Positions 51,422 through 62,426 of a stretch of DNA of 64,000 nucleotides are shown here, piece after piece; within the stretch, counting starts at the first letter, position 1; each line of letters opens with the position of its first letter. The notes below the pieces were generated by a model that made no database searches, was not told the origin of the DNA, and saw only the letters and a list, made by a program, of their open reading frames with translations. The position numbers were made by a program, and so were the translations under genes. Source of the stretch: Octopus sinensis (lineage: Eukaryota); NCBI RefSeq assembly GCF_006345805.1, contig NC_043006.1, positions 54,374,001-54,438,000 on the forward strand, in the 5' to 3' direction.

Positions 51422-51986
51422 TGCAGCACCAGGTAGTGGCTCTCATGGCTTCTGATCTTAACTGATTGGAAGTGTTATCATGTACATTGTTTTGTCTTGG
51501 TATAAAAGATGGGCTACAGCAAATATTCTGCTCAATACCACAGATTTGCTTGTCAGTTGTTTGACCGTAACCAGTTGAGCATGTCCCTTAGTGGCTGACG
51601 ATATGTGCATCTCTGATCACGAGCAGAAGTAGTGAGGGAGCATCATAGCCATGTGTTGAGAGGGATTCTTTCGGGGTTTGAATAATTCACCTCTGGAAAC
51701 ATGAGTGTTTCATTCAACATCCTTAAACAACCCTTTTTCAGGGACCTTTTGAGCAGGAGGGGTTACTCGACCAGAAGAAAATTCTAACTGGGCCCCAACT
51801 GCAAGGTCATAAGCTGTTTATCTTGATATGGAGATCCCCATGTCACGCACATATGGCTGTGATGCATGTGTCTAGTGTACCCTTATCAGATGGGTAGTCA
51901 TGATGGGTATACTGGGCTTCGTATATTTTACCCCAGTGTCACTTTGATGGCATGCACTGCTCTCACTCAGTAATAATAATAATAAT
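51422..51986 (+). mobile_element. LINE 3' UTR-like insertion with (TAA)n tail (possibly Dong/R4-type)
   Basis: About 550 bp of complex, more GC-rich non-coding sequence between a (CAA)n run and a (TAA)n tail. The clade call is inferred from the TAA tail only. Confidence 0.5.
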
Positions 51987-52358
51987 GATTTTATTTATTT
52001 GCCACAAGGGCAAAGGATGAGGGGACAGAGTGGGTGTTTACATATAATGAAATGATAAAATAATTAAGTAATTAAAAAATGTAAGTATACATGTATACAA
52101 TGAAAAGGAATGGAAATATACATAGTATATAAAGGTTTTAAAACATGGAGGAAGATGTTAGAGATGTAGCCCTCCTGATAGAGGATGACCTCTAAGGATA
52201 ATTGGGGAACCCCAAAGTCCAAGATTTCCAAGAGCAAGTGCCCTCTCCAATTCCTTCTCTCTGACTCACAGGTCTACACTTAGGGAAGTACCACTCACTC
52301 TTGCCATTTTTGCAACTTTCACGCACCTTTCAATAAACACACTTGAGGACAAGCCTTG
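51987..52358 (-). mobile_element. Tx1/L1-like LINE 3' end
   Basis: LSSSVFIERCVKVAKMARVSGTSLSVDL*, then a UTR ending tgtcccctcatcctttgcccttgtggcaaataaataaaat. Confidence 0.6.
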
Positions 52359-52736
52359 AAAAAACAATAATAATAATCCTTTCTACTGTAGGCACGAGGC
52401 CTGAAATTTTAGGGGAGGGGGCTAGTCAATTACATCAACCCCAGTGGGAAGCTGGTGCTTATTTTATTGACCCTGAAAGGATGAAGGGTAAAGTCAACCT
52501 CAACAAAAATTGAACTCAGAACGTCAAGGCAGACAAAATACTGCTAAGCACTTTACCTGGCTTACTAACAACTCTGCTAGCTCATCATCTTAATAATAAT
52601 AATAATAATGGCTTCAAATTTTGCTTCAAGGGCAGCAATTTTGGGGAAGGGGATGAGTGTCCAACTGGTACTTACAATGAAATACTGTTGCGCATTTCAC
52701 CCAGTGTGCTAACAACTCTGCCAGCTCATCATCATC

Positions 52737-52778
<42 letters not shown>

Positions 52779-52780
52779 TA

Positions 52781-53118
52781 GGGGAAACACCCTTCGGTCA
52801 TGAATGACCATGGGATTGCACCTAGAAAGTTACCCTCCGAGGCACAAGTCCGGGCAAGGTTGTTTATGGAAGACCAGCAGTCACCCATGCATACCAGCCT
52901 TCCCTCTCCACACCACTAATGTTATTCAAAGGAAAGGCAAAGGCTGATACAGCTTGGCACCAGTGATGTCGCGACTCATTTCTACAGCTGAGTTAACTGG
53001 AGCAACGTGAAATAAAGTGTCTTGCTCATGAACACAGCACACAACCCGGTTCGAGAATTGAACTCACAACTTCATGGATTGTAAGCTCGACACTCTAACC
53101 ACTGAGCCATATGCCTTC
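52781..53118 (-). mobile_element. tRNA/CORE-like SINE with a third 3' module
   Basis: Family-C-like head (ggctcagtggttagagtg..agttcaattc) with an unrelated tail, inserted in (TAA)n. Confidence 0.82.
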
Positions 53119-55084
53119 AATAGTAATAATAATAATAATAATGATAGTAGTCATTTCTACTATAGGCACTAGGCCTGAAATTTTGGGGGAGGGGGCTAAT
53201 CGATTACATCAACCCCAGAGTTTCACAGGGGTCCAGCCAAAACCCCACTCTGTGGACTATGTGAATTAAAGGAAAACCATGGAGGAATTTCTGAATGGCA
53301 TAGGACATAGCATCAGGTTGTAGTAAAATGAACTTTAAATGACCCTCCGTGTTTGCTTTATTATGCTCATTTTTATGATTGGAGTTATTAAATAATTAAT
53401 GTAATATTTTAAATCTCAGTGGAATGTTCATAAACTACAAATAATAATAAAATTTATGGTTTCAAAATTGCATTTTTTTTTGTCCTAGATGGGTTTTTTT
53501 GGGGGTTTTTTTTTTTCCTAGTGGGTTTTGTCTTGCACTCACTTCACTGGTACTTATTTTATTGACCCTGAAAGGATGAAAGGCAAAGTGAACCTTGTTG
53601 GAATTTGAACTTAGAACATAAAGACAGATGAAATGCTGCTTAGCATTTTGTCTAGCATTGCTAATGATTCTTCCAGCTCACCACTTTAATAATAATAATA
53701 ATAATAAAAGAGAACCAGTGCATATGTTTATTATTGGCATAATGACTGTCCCTACAACAAAACATATAGTTTACACAAGTACAGGATATCTCTATATAAC
53801 ACATACATACACACAAGAACCAACAAAGGAGATTCTAGATAATTGCTTGCCCTGCTAGATATTGCAGCTAAACCTCCTTCAAATCACACCCTAACCATCT
53901 TAAAAGGAAGCATATATCAGATTAGGAAAATATTCATTAAAAAGAAAAGGCAAAAAAAAAAGGAAAAGATGGGATTGTTATGTTTGGAATGCTTGGCTCA
54001 AGGTTGACTTGGGGCCACAAACAACAACACTCTCAATATATACCAAATATAGACACTTTTATACATACATGCACTTATAGCTTGTCTAGTCTCCTGGAGA
54101 AAATATAAGAGTGAACAACAACACAACAGCATGAAAGCAACAGGGGTCCAGAAGGATTTAAGGGTTCTGAAATGTGGTTTTGTTGAACCAAGTATGTATC
54201 CACCTTGACAGAGGTGGGGGCTGTTCAGAGCCCCTGCCTTTTGGCTACTCAAGCATATCTTTTCTTCCCTCTTGCTATTCTGCCTTATTTTAAATCCTCC
54301 TCAATGTCATTTACAATCTGTCTGTCTGTCTGCCCGCCCCCCTCTCTCTCTACACACAATCTATATTACTATCAACCCCAACTCATCTCCTTCTGATCCA
54401 CACGGAGACAAGAAAAGAAACTTATCTGATAAATGAGAATATTCCTAAAGTATCCCCTTCTTTAGCCACCCCTACTACTTCTAACTTCTGCCTTTAGTAG
54501 ACCTTTTTTGCGGGTTAGGGTACACTGACCAATGTGCACTCACTCAGCTGACCTTACATTAAATAAGATACTTTGTTTTTGTTTGTTTTTTGTTTTTCCA
54601 GTTTCAGCTCTTGAGCTGTGGCCATGCTGGGGCACCGCCATTGTGGTGAAAGAGTACAGCAGGGATCACCACCCCCTGCCGGAGCCTCGTAGAGCTTTTA
54701 GGTGTTTTCGCTCAATAAACACACACAACGCCCAGTCTGAGAATCGAAACCGCGATCCTGCGACCGCGAGTCCGCTGCCCTAACCACGTGTGTGTGTGTG
54801 TGAAATGCAAATAATAAGACATTGGAGTCTTTAATGATTCATTACAATTGTTTCTGTACCAACTCTGTTTGCAATGCCAGATTACACAATATTCGAAGTA
54901 AAAATTTACATATGTGCAATTTTAGACAATAGAGTAGCACCTCGTCAGACTTGCATCAAAGGTGCACTTGTGTGTGTATGCATATATACACACATATATA
55001 TAGTTTTAGCTTTGAAGATGCAATATAACAACAATAATAATAAAATCAAGACAAAATTGGAAATGCATTGCGACCATTGGTGGT

Positions 55085-55477
55085 CTCTTTTACTCTTTTA
55101 CTCTTTTACTTGTTTCAGTCATTTGACTGTAGCCATGCTGGAGCACCACCAAAGCAAATCGAACCCAGGACTTATTCTTTGTAAGCCCAGTACTTTTTCT
55201 GTCAGCCTTTTTTGCCAAACTGTTAAGTTATGGGGATGTAAATACACCAGCACTGGTTGTCAAGCGATGTTGAGGGGACAAACACAGACACACAAACATA
55301 TACACACACACATACATACATACATATATGCGACGGGCTTCTTTCAGTTTCTGTCTACCAAATTCACTCACAAAGCTTTGGTTGGCCGGAGGCTATAGTA
55401 GAAGACACCCAGTGGGACTAAACCCAGAACCATGTGGTTCGTAAGCAAGCTACTTACCACACAGCCACTCCTACGCC
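55085..55477 (-). mobile_element. Family A SINE
   Basis: Near full-length reverse-complement copy. Confidence 0.88.
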
Positions 55478-55639
55478 TGATCAATACTGTGATACTGAGA
55501 TATATTTACTAAGAAGCACCCATTGAGAATCCAAGAGATACAAATGCTCAGTTTCATATATAGTTATTTACTTGCAGAAAATTATTTTTAAAGGGACGTA
55601 TGTGTGTGCATACACTCATATTTTCAACCTGAGCAGTAC

Positions 55640-56500
55640 ATTGAGATTCAATGGATCAAAAAACAAAAAAAATAATACTGTGCAGCTAAATGAGGAAAGA
55701 TTCAAGTTCATCTACTTTGAAAAAGAGTATATACTTAAACTGCAACATTCTCTCTCTTCAAGGGAAGAACTTTAGTATTAAATAAGATGTAGAGACTTCA
55801 GATTAAGTACGGACAACAATCTAAGTAGGAGTGCACACATCAACAATAAAATCAGTATGGCCTACAAAATATGTTTGTAGATGCTTAGAAATTTCCAGTA
55901 ACGAGTTCCTGATATCTTCTCTACATTTGTCAGATCTCACCATGAATATTACCACCCACAATAGTTTCTATACACAAAACATTGTAAGAATTGAAGAACC
56001 CAAGAGAGCCATCACAAGAATAATAATTGGTATCCCTATGGAGATCACCTTGAAAATCTCAAACTTTCTTCTTTCCAATGCCACTGTAAGCACTATATTT
56101 TTTACTCAATGTGAAAAATATTTCAGACGCTGTCCAAACTATGCCTGTATGAAATTCACAATTGTCCAAGGCTTAGCCTCAGAGATATGCTTTCTCCAAA
56201 AATCAAGCTCACATCATATAACAATACTATAACACAACTTTTTGTACCTCAGTTGGCCCTGCCTTATGTAGCACATCAAAATAAGTAAATAAGGTAAAGG
56301 ATCTCATAACATTTCAAACAGTACCTGCACAAATTCCTCCAAGAAATACCAAACAAACCACTAACATGGCACCTGGCTACATCTTGGCAAACAGCTCCCT
56401 ATTTGAGTGGACTATGATGTCCTAAAACATAACTTAAAAAACCACCTCCAAAGGTGCTATTAAGTTAGGCATAAGCCAATAATGGTCAAAACCTAACTTA
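55640..56500 (+). mobile_element. Degraded CR1/L2-like LINE ORF2 3' half
   Basis: NNTVQLNEERFKFI, RIEEPKRAITRII and SLQRRRERY-like remnants. Confidence 0.65.
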
Positions 56501-56873
56501 GTTTTGTGTGTGTGTATTCTACCCAGTGCCATCTTAAAGCATGAACTCATTAGGATCCTACACATTTAGTTGCTCAAAATGAATTCAATATGCTGTAGCT
56601 TGGTGTTAATAAATAAATATTGTAAGCCCCAGCGCACTGCTTTGCTTGGGGACCTATAATGCTGCTAAAATGATCCTGATTGTTTTTTCCCCCCTATTGT
56701 ATACAACTTCACTCCATGATGAAAGACACCTCTACTTCTATATGTATAACTACATATGTGTGTGTTCTTACTGTATTACAAAATATAACTATCGATTTTA
56801 CCCAACACAGTAACAGACAGGTGTAAATACCTGATCTCCATATGCAATAACTTCATGGATAGAAAAAAAGGAT

Positions 56874-56919
56874 CTGTTGGACTAGTTCCAAATCTATGCT
56901 GGGATTTCATCAGCAACTG
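56874..56919 (-). ncRNA. Decayed minimal hammerhead ribozyme motif
   Basis: cagttg-CTGATGA-aatc ccagcata gatt t-GGAA-ctag-TC-caacag. Palindromic stem III ACTAGT, GUC cleavage triplet, stem I gttg/caac; GAAA is changed to GGAA. Confidence 0.6.
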
Positions 56920-57660
56920 ACTACCCAGAGACACTATTATTAAGATACATAGTATAGTAGAAAAAGAATAAAGATAATATGTTTATAGCTTTGTATTAAA
57001 TATTTATTGTGTTGGCTAAAATCTAAAGATGCAATCTGTAGTACCATCTAGCATTGAAACAAAGCACTGTAAATACATCAATAATTTATCAATTGATTGA
57101 ACAAGCCAAGATTGTATGATAAATGCAAATCAAAGTGTTGAATTTGCTTAAATCCTCAATAATAATTGGTTTATAAACAGGGTACTTGGTCGATAATGAA
57201 ATCCCAACACAGAATCTGGTTATTTCCTGTTTTCCTGTGTAATCACTGTATGTAATCTACAAATTAATTAGTAAATTAATTAGTAAAAAAGATATAGAGG
57301 TAGGGTTTTTAAAACTGTTGACTTACATACAGTGTGGGCTAAAATCTGTTAATTCAATCTGTAGTACAGGATTGAAGTAATCTTAACACACCAATAATTT
57401 ATTAACTGAACCAGGTGCTAAGAATGCATTATATACATAAATCAGTCTATCAGATTTAATTAAGCCTTTAGTGGAGTTATAAGGAGCAATTAGCAGTAAG
57501 GGTGCACATAAATTTAAATAAGCTCCCTTAGTGGCTTAGAAGGCTCACCAGAAACTTTTGTTATCTAAGTGGACAAGTCACCAGTGGAAGTGGTACATTC
57601 TGAAAGTGCAGTTGTCAGAGTAAGAATTAGGTGAGGGAGTTGTTATTTATGCTGGCAACA

Positions 57661-58700
57661 ATGTGTCTTTTCAAGCACAGCAAACTACCAGGGGTCTCAG
57701 TCTCCTGTCATTCCTTCTGTGAGGTCCACATGATTCCTCTACAGTTTGAGATCGTCACCTCTTGATGCAATCTGCCTTTCACTCAGTCAGAGTGAAGGGC
57801 AGATTGCATAAAGCATATACAAGTGCAAAGTTTGAAAAAGCTGATGTATGACACCAAGACATGAGAGCCTTGAATGTGTAAGATTTGTGAAGGCCAGAAA
57901 GAAATAAGGTGAGCATGAGCCATAGGATGTGGTTAGTATGCGTGAACAATGGAGCACAAGTGAGCTGAGAGAAAAACTGGATATAACTGGGATCTGATGA
58001 AACAGGAGAGAAGATTTTGCTGGTATTAGTAGGTGATGCACATGGAGAATGTCAGATAAAGTGGAGAAACTTATGGAAGACATGGAACAAAATCAGAAGA
58101 CTGATTTCTAAGAGGCCATAATTCATGTAAGCATTGGAAAGGAGACATAAAAATATGAACCCAGTATGCTCCACTAGATGGGTAATGTCAGTGTGCATAT
58201 ATGACAGAGTGAAAGTGATTTGAAAGAAAAACTGGGTACACAAGGCATCAGATGTGGCATGCAAGAGAGAAGACTGCGCTGGTATGGCCATGTAATGTGT
58301 ATGAATGAAGACAATTGCATCAAGAGTTGCCAATCTCAAATTGTAGAGGAAACATGTAGAACTCACAGAAGGGGTGACAGGGGACTGAAACTCCTGGCAG
58401 GCTGCTGTGCTTGAAAAGACACATCAAGCTAAGTAAAGGCCCCTGCATCGCTTTCCAGCTGAGCAATTCTTAACCTTGCAGGTTCATGGGTGCTGGTGTC
58501 ACATAAATGAACATATGCTGGTGCTGCATAGGAGCTCCCAGTACACTCTGTAAAGTGGTTGGTCTTAGAAAGGGCATCTGGCTTTAAAAACCATGCCAAA
58601 ACAGATGCGAAGCCTGGGCAGCTCTTCACCTAGCCAGCTCCTGTCAAACCATCCAACCCATGTCAGCATGGAAAATGGACATTAAATTATGATAATGATG
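57661..58700 (+). mobile_element. RTE LINE 3' fragments with an inverted duplicate segment
   Basis: LKEKLGTQGIRCGMQERRLRWYGHVMCMNEDNCIKSC followed by a family-D-like tail. 57661-57785 is the reverse complement of 58300-58424. Confidence 0.8.
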
Positions 58701-59169
58701 ATTGATAATGGTTGGGCCACACTCTCACTCATTATGTTTATATCAAGTATTCATTTACTGATCTCCCTCTCTCTCCATTACTTTCTCCTCTATCTTTCAC
58801 CCTTTACACTATCATGTGCTTTCCTACTATCCTGAATAATGAGGGATGGTATTGCACTGGATCTCTCTGTATTCAATCTCCCCTTCACTATAACCTCATA
58901 ACTAGCCATTAATCTCCTGTTACTCATTACTGGTATTCATCACTCTCACTCACTTGCTATCACTCATTTTATTGCTATCTATTACTCTCCCTTTCTCTCA
59001 CACACACACATTACTCCTTCACCCTGTCTCCTTCCCATCACACCACTTATGCTGCTTCTATTCACCTTACTAATGAATGCCATATAATAGTCTTTCACTC
59101 TCTCTCTCTCTCTCTGTATTTTCTCTACTGTCACCCTTTGGTTGGGTTTTCTCCTTGCCAGTTTTATCT

Positions 59170-60730
59170 TTATCTTGTTTCAGTTATTAGACTGTGGCCA
59201 TGCTGGGGCACGACCTTAAAGAATTTTTAGTTGAATGAATTGACCCTAGGATCTTTTTTTATAGTCTGGTACTTATTCTACTGATTTTTTTTGCCAAACC
59301 ACTAAATTACAGGAACATAAACACACCGACACTTGTTGTCAAGTGGTAGTTGGGGACAAATACAGACACAAAGGCACGAACACATACAATGATCTTCTTT
59401 TAGTTTCTGTCTACCAAATCCACTCACAAGGCAATAGTAGAGGGTACTTGCCTAAAGTGCCATATTTGTTGTGAAGGAATGAAGAAAACAAAGCATCAAG
59501 CATGACACAGGGAAGAAGTGATTCTCTTGCTGGGGCCAAAAAACGACCTGTCTAGTATAAATGCCATCTGATTGGCAATAGAAGGAGCATCCAGTTATAG
59601 AAAGCTTTGCTAAAATGAATAAATAAGCATATATAGGCACAGGAGTGGCTGTGTAGTAAGTAGCTTGCCTACCAACCACAAGGCCCTGGGCTCAGTCCCA
59701 CTGCGTAGCACCTTGGCCAAGTGTCTTCTACTATAGCCTCGGGCCAACCAAAGCCTTGTGAGTGGATTTGGTAGATGGAAACTGAAAGAAGTTCATCATA
59801 TATATATATATATATAGATAGATAGATAGATAGATAGATAGATGTGTGTGTTTGTGTTTCTGAGTTTGTACCTCCACCATCACTTGACAACTGAGGTTAG
59901 TGTGTTTACATCCCTGTAACTTAGCGGTTCGGCAAAAGAGTTCGATAGAATAAGTACTAGGCTTATAAAGAACAAGTCCTGGGGTCGATTTGTTCAACGA
60001 AAGGCGGTGCTCCAGCATGGCTGCAGTCAAATGACTGAAACAAATAAAAGAATAAAAAAATGACCTATCTCGGAGGATATTAAAGTGAAAAAGAACAGCA
60101 TGGGAAAGCAGACATATGATGATGATGATGGTGAATAGGGTGTATACATATTGTGTATACATATATATGAAAAGCAGAGAAGATATATATCTCTCTTCTT
60201 AATCCTCCATCACCAATATTGCTGACTGTAATATCATATACAAGGATATTTTGTTACTTTTGATATTGATCTGTTATTATCTGTCTGTCTGCCCTAGATG
60301 TTTGTCTGTAAGCTGTGTGTATGTGTGTGAAAGAAAGAATGAGAGACAGAGATAATTTGTGTGTGTGTTTTTTTTTTTATATATATTTCTCCCAGAAACT
60401 TCTACAACCAGAATTCTGGTAGAGCTGAGGAAATCTTTCTATCTAATTTTAGACAGAATTTCTAATAACTATTTGTGTCCCCATTTTGCAACAAAACACA
60501 TTCTCTTTCGAAGATACTCTCTCTTACTTTCTTATACTTGTTTCAGTCATTTGACTGCGGCCATGCTGGAGCACCGCCTTTAGTTGAGCAAATTGACCCC
60601 AGGACTTATTCTTTGTAAGCCTGGTACTTATTCTATCAATCTCTTTTGCCAAACCGCTAAATTACGGGGACGTAAACACACCAGCATCGGTTGTCAAGCA
60701 ATGTTGGGGGGGGGGCGCAAACACAGACAC
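59170..60730. mobile_element. Three family A SINEs in alternating orientation (59170-59462 -, 59636-60056 +, 60525-60730 -)
   Basis: Direct sequence match to family A. Confidence 0.88.
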
Positions 60731-61255
60731 ACACACATATATATATATATTATATGTAGAAAAATACAAACTGGGACAAGAACATAAAACATTTAGAAGG
60801 CAATGCAAGAAACACGGATGGGACATTCGAAGCCTTCAATCTTCAGTCAAGAAGATTGTCCTTGTTTTGTATACATTCAATATACAACTCCATGTTCACA
60901 AATGTCATGGTTGTGGTTTAGCCCTAGGTAAACCTATGATGACAGATGTACCAGCCTATTTCTAGACCTACGTAACTCAAAGCCTCCATCTTCTTAGGCC
61001 TTGATGCTAAAATGTAAACAAGTAATAGTCTTTAGATTGAATCATACCAAAGCTGACTCAAATTTTGATTCTCTGATTTAAGAGGCTCCCAAGAAACACC
61101 TCCTTCTCATAAGGTGATATAAATTATATCAACTGTTCATAAATGTTAGTTTTGTCTTTTCTTTCTTACGAATTTCGATTAAACATTCTTACGAATAACT
61201 AGTTAGAAAATCTGTCTATAAGGGGTGAAAGTAGTAACTATACTGAGAAGTATGT

Positions 61256-61500
61256 GGAGGCGCGTGGCTTAGTGGTTAGGGTGTTGAACTCATGATCATA
61301 AGGTTGTGGTTTCGATTCCTGGACCGGGTGATTCGTTGTGTTCTTGAGCAAAACACTTCATTTCACGTTGCTCAAGTCCACTCAGCTGGCAGAAATGAGT
61401 AATCCTGCGACGGACCGGCGTCCTGTCCAGGTGGGGAATTTCTATGCCACTGAAACCAGGAAACCAGCCCTTATGAACCTGGGGCATGGCTCGAGAAGGA
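61256..61500 (+). mobile_element. Family C SINE, full length (tRNA head, CORE-like and V-like segments)
   Basis: A-box tggcttagtgg, B-box gtttcgattcc, tgtgttcttgagcaaaacactt, cctgcgacggaccggcgtcctgtccagg. Flanked by a tatactgagaagta duplication. Confidence 0.88.
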
Positions 61501-61749
61501 ACATTCATTAATATTATTTTATACTGAGAAGTAATGTTTATCATCACATCAATGTGGCTGTTCCATAGGAATGGACATTACTACCATTTTTAACCCCAAA
61601 AGGATCTTCCTCCAACTGGGTATCAATGCAATCTGCACCTGATATATAAAGCAAGCAGGGAAGCAAACCTCTACTATTTTCTAGCAGACAACAGGATCAC
61701 CATATCATATGAACGTTTAATCAAAGATCATGAAAGAAGGTCATACATA

Positions 61750-61923
61750 CATGTGTGTGTGCATGTGCACGTGCACATGTATTTGTATGCATGTACATGC
61801 GTTTGTGTGTATGAGTGTACATGTATTTGTGTGTGTATGAGTGCATGCACATGTATCTGTGTATGTGTATACATGTACATGTATTTGTGTGCGCATATAT
61901 GTGTGTGTATGTGTGCACATGTA

Positions 61924-61953
<30 letters not shown>
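61750..61953. repeat. Degenerate (TG)n/(TGTA)n alternating purine-pyrimidine tract
   Basis: About 200 bp of near-continuous RY alternation. Confidence 0.9.
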
Positions 61954-61955
<2 letters not shown>

Positions 61956-62266
61956 GCCTTGATAGCAGTCTCCTTCATTTTCCATATTCTGTGAAAATAT
62001 GTCTGGCCATTGGGAAATATCATTTACCCTAATTGGAGACAAGTGTGGGTTGGCATGAAGAAGGGCTTCTGGCCATAGAAAATCTGCCTCAACAAAATTC
62101 TGTCTGACCATGTGACAGTAGGAAAATGGACGATAAAATGATGAAGGTGAATTTAGGGGATTCTGTTAGGTCTTTTTTTTTTTTTTAATAAGATTGATGT
62201 ATGATCCAATGAATTGATGAAAAGTTTAATCTGAGATTTTTAGCATTTAGCCCTGTTGTGAATTAA

Positions 62267-62426
62267 CCCTTTAGCATTCAGACTTCTCTGTCTCACGTAG
62301 AGCTTATTTGTTCATATTCATTCTGAAGTTATCATGCATTATCTCACAACTTAAAGATCTAGCCATTTTGAATACAAAACAAGCAGAATATTTGGGTTGG
62401 ACATGGCCAGTTTAAATGCTAAAGGA
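62267..62426. mobile_element. piggyBac-type MITE, internally deleted
   Basis: ttaa|ccctttagcatt ... aatgctaaagga|ttaa. Confidence 0.8.

Noticed and set aside
54874-55398. 174-aa ORF and the other ORFs overlapping family A copies
   Set aside because: They are read-through translations of SINE sequence; the same peptides recur at every copy.
60396-60490. Candidate next TRIT1 exon after ttctcccag
   Set aside because: The translation lacks the expected TKRYARKQ..W motif.
60760-60870. Minus-strand CTGAAGA motif, plus similar weak motifs at 54424, 54943 and 60425
   Set aside because: None has a correctly placed GAAA and paired stems, so they cannot be called hammerheads.
61256-61330. tRNA-like sequences at SINE heads
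   Set aside because: They continue into SINE bodies, occur as many diverged copies and do not form a complete cloverleaf, so they are not tRNA genes.
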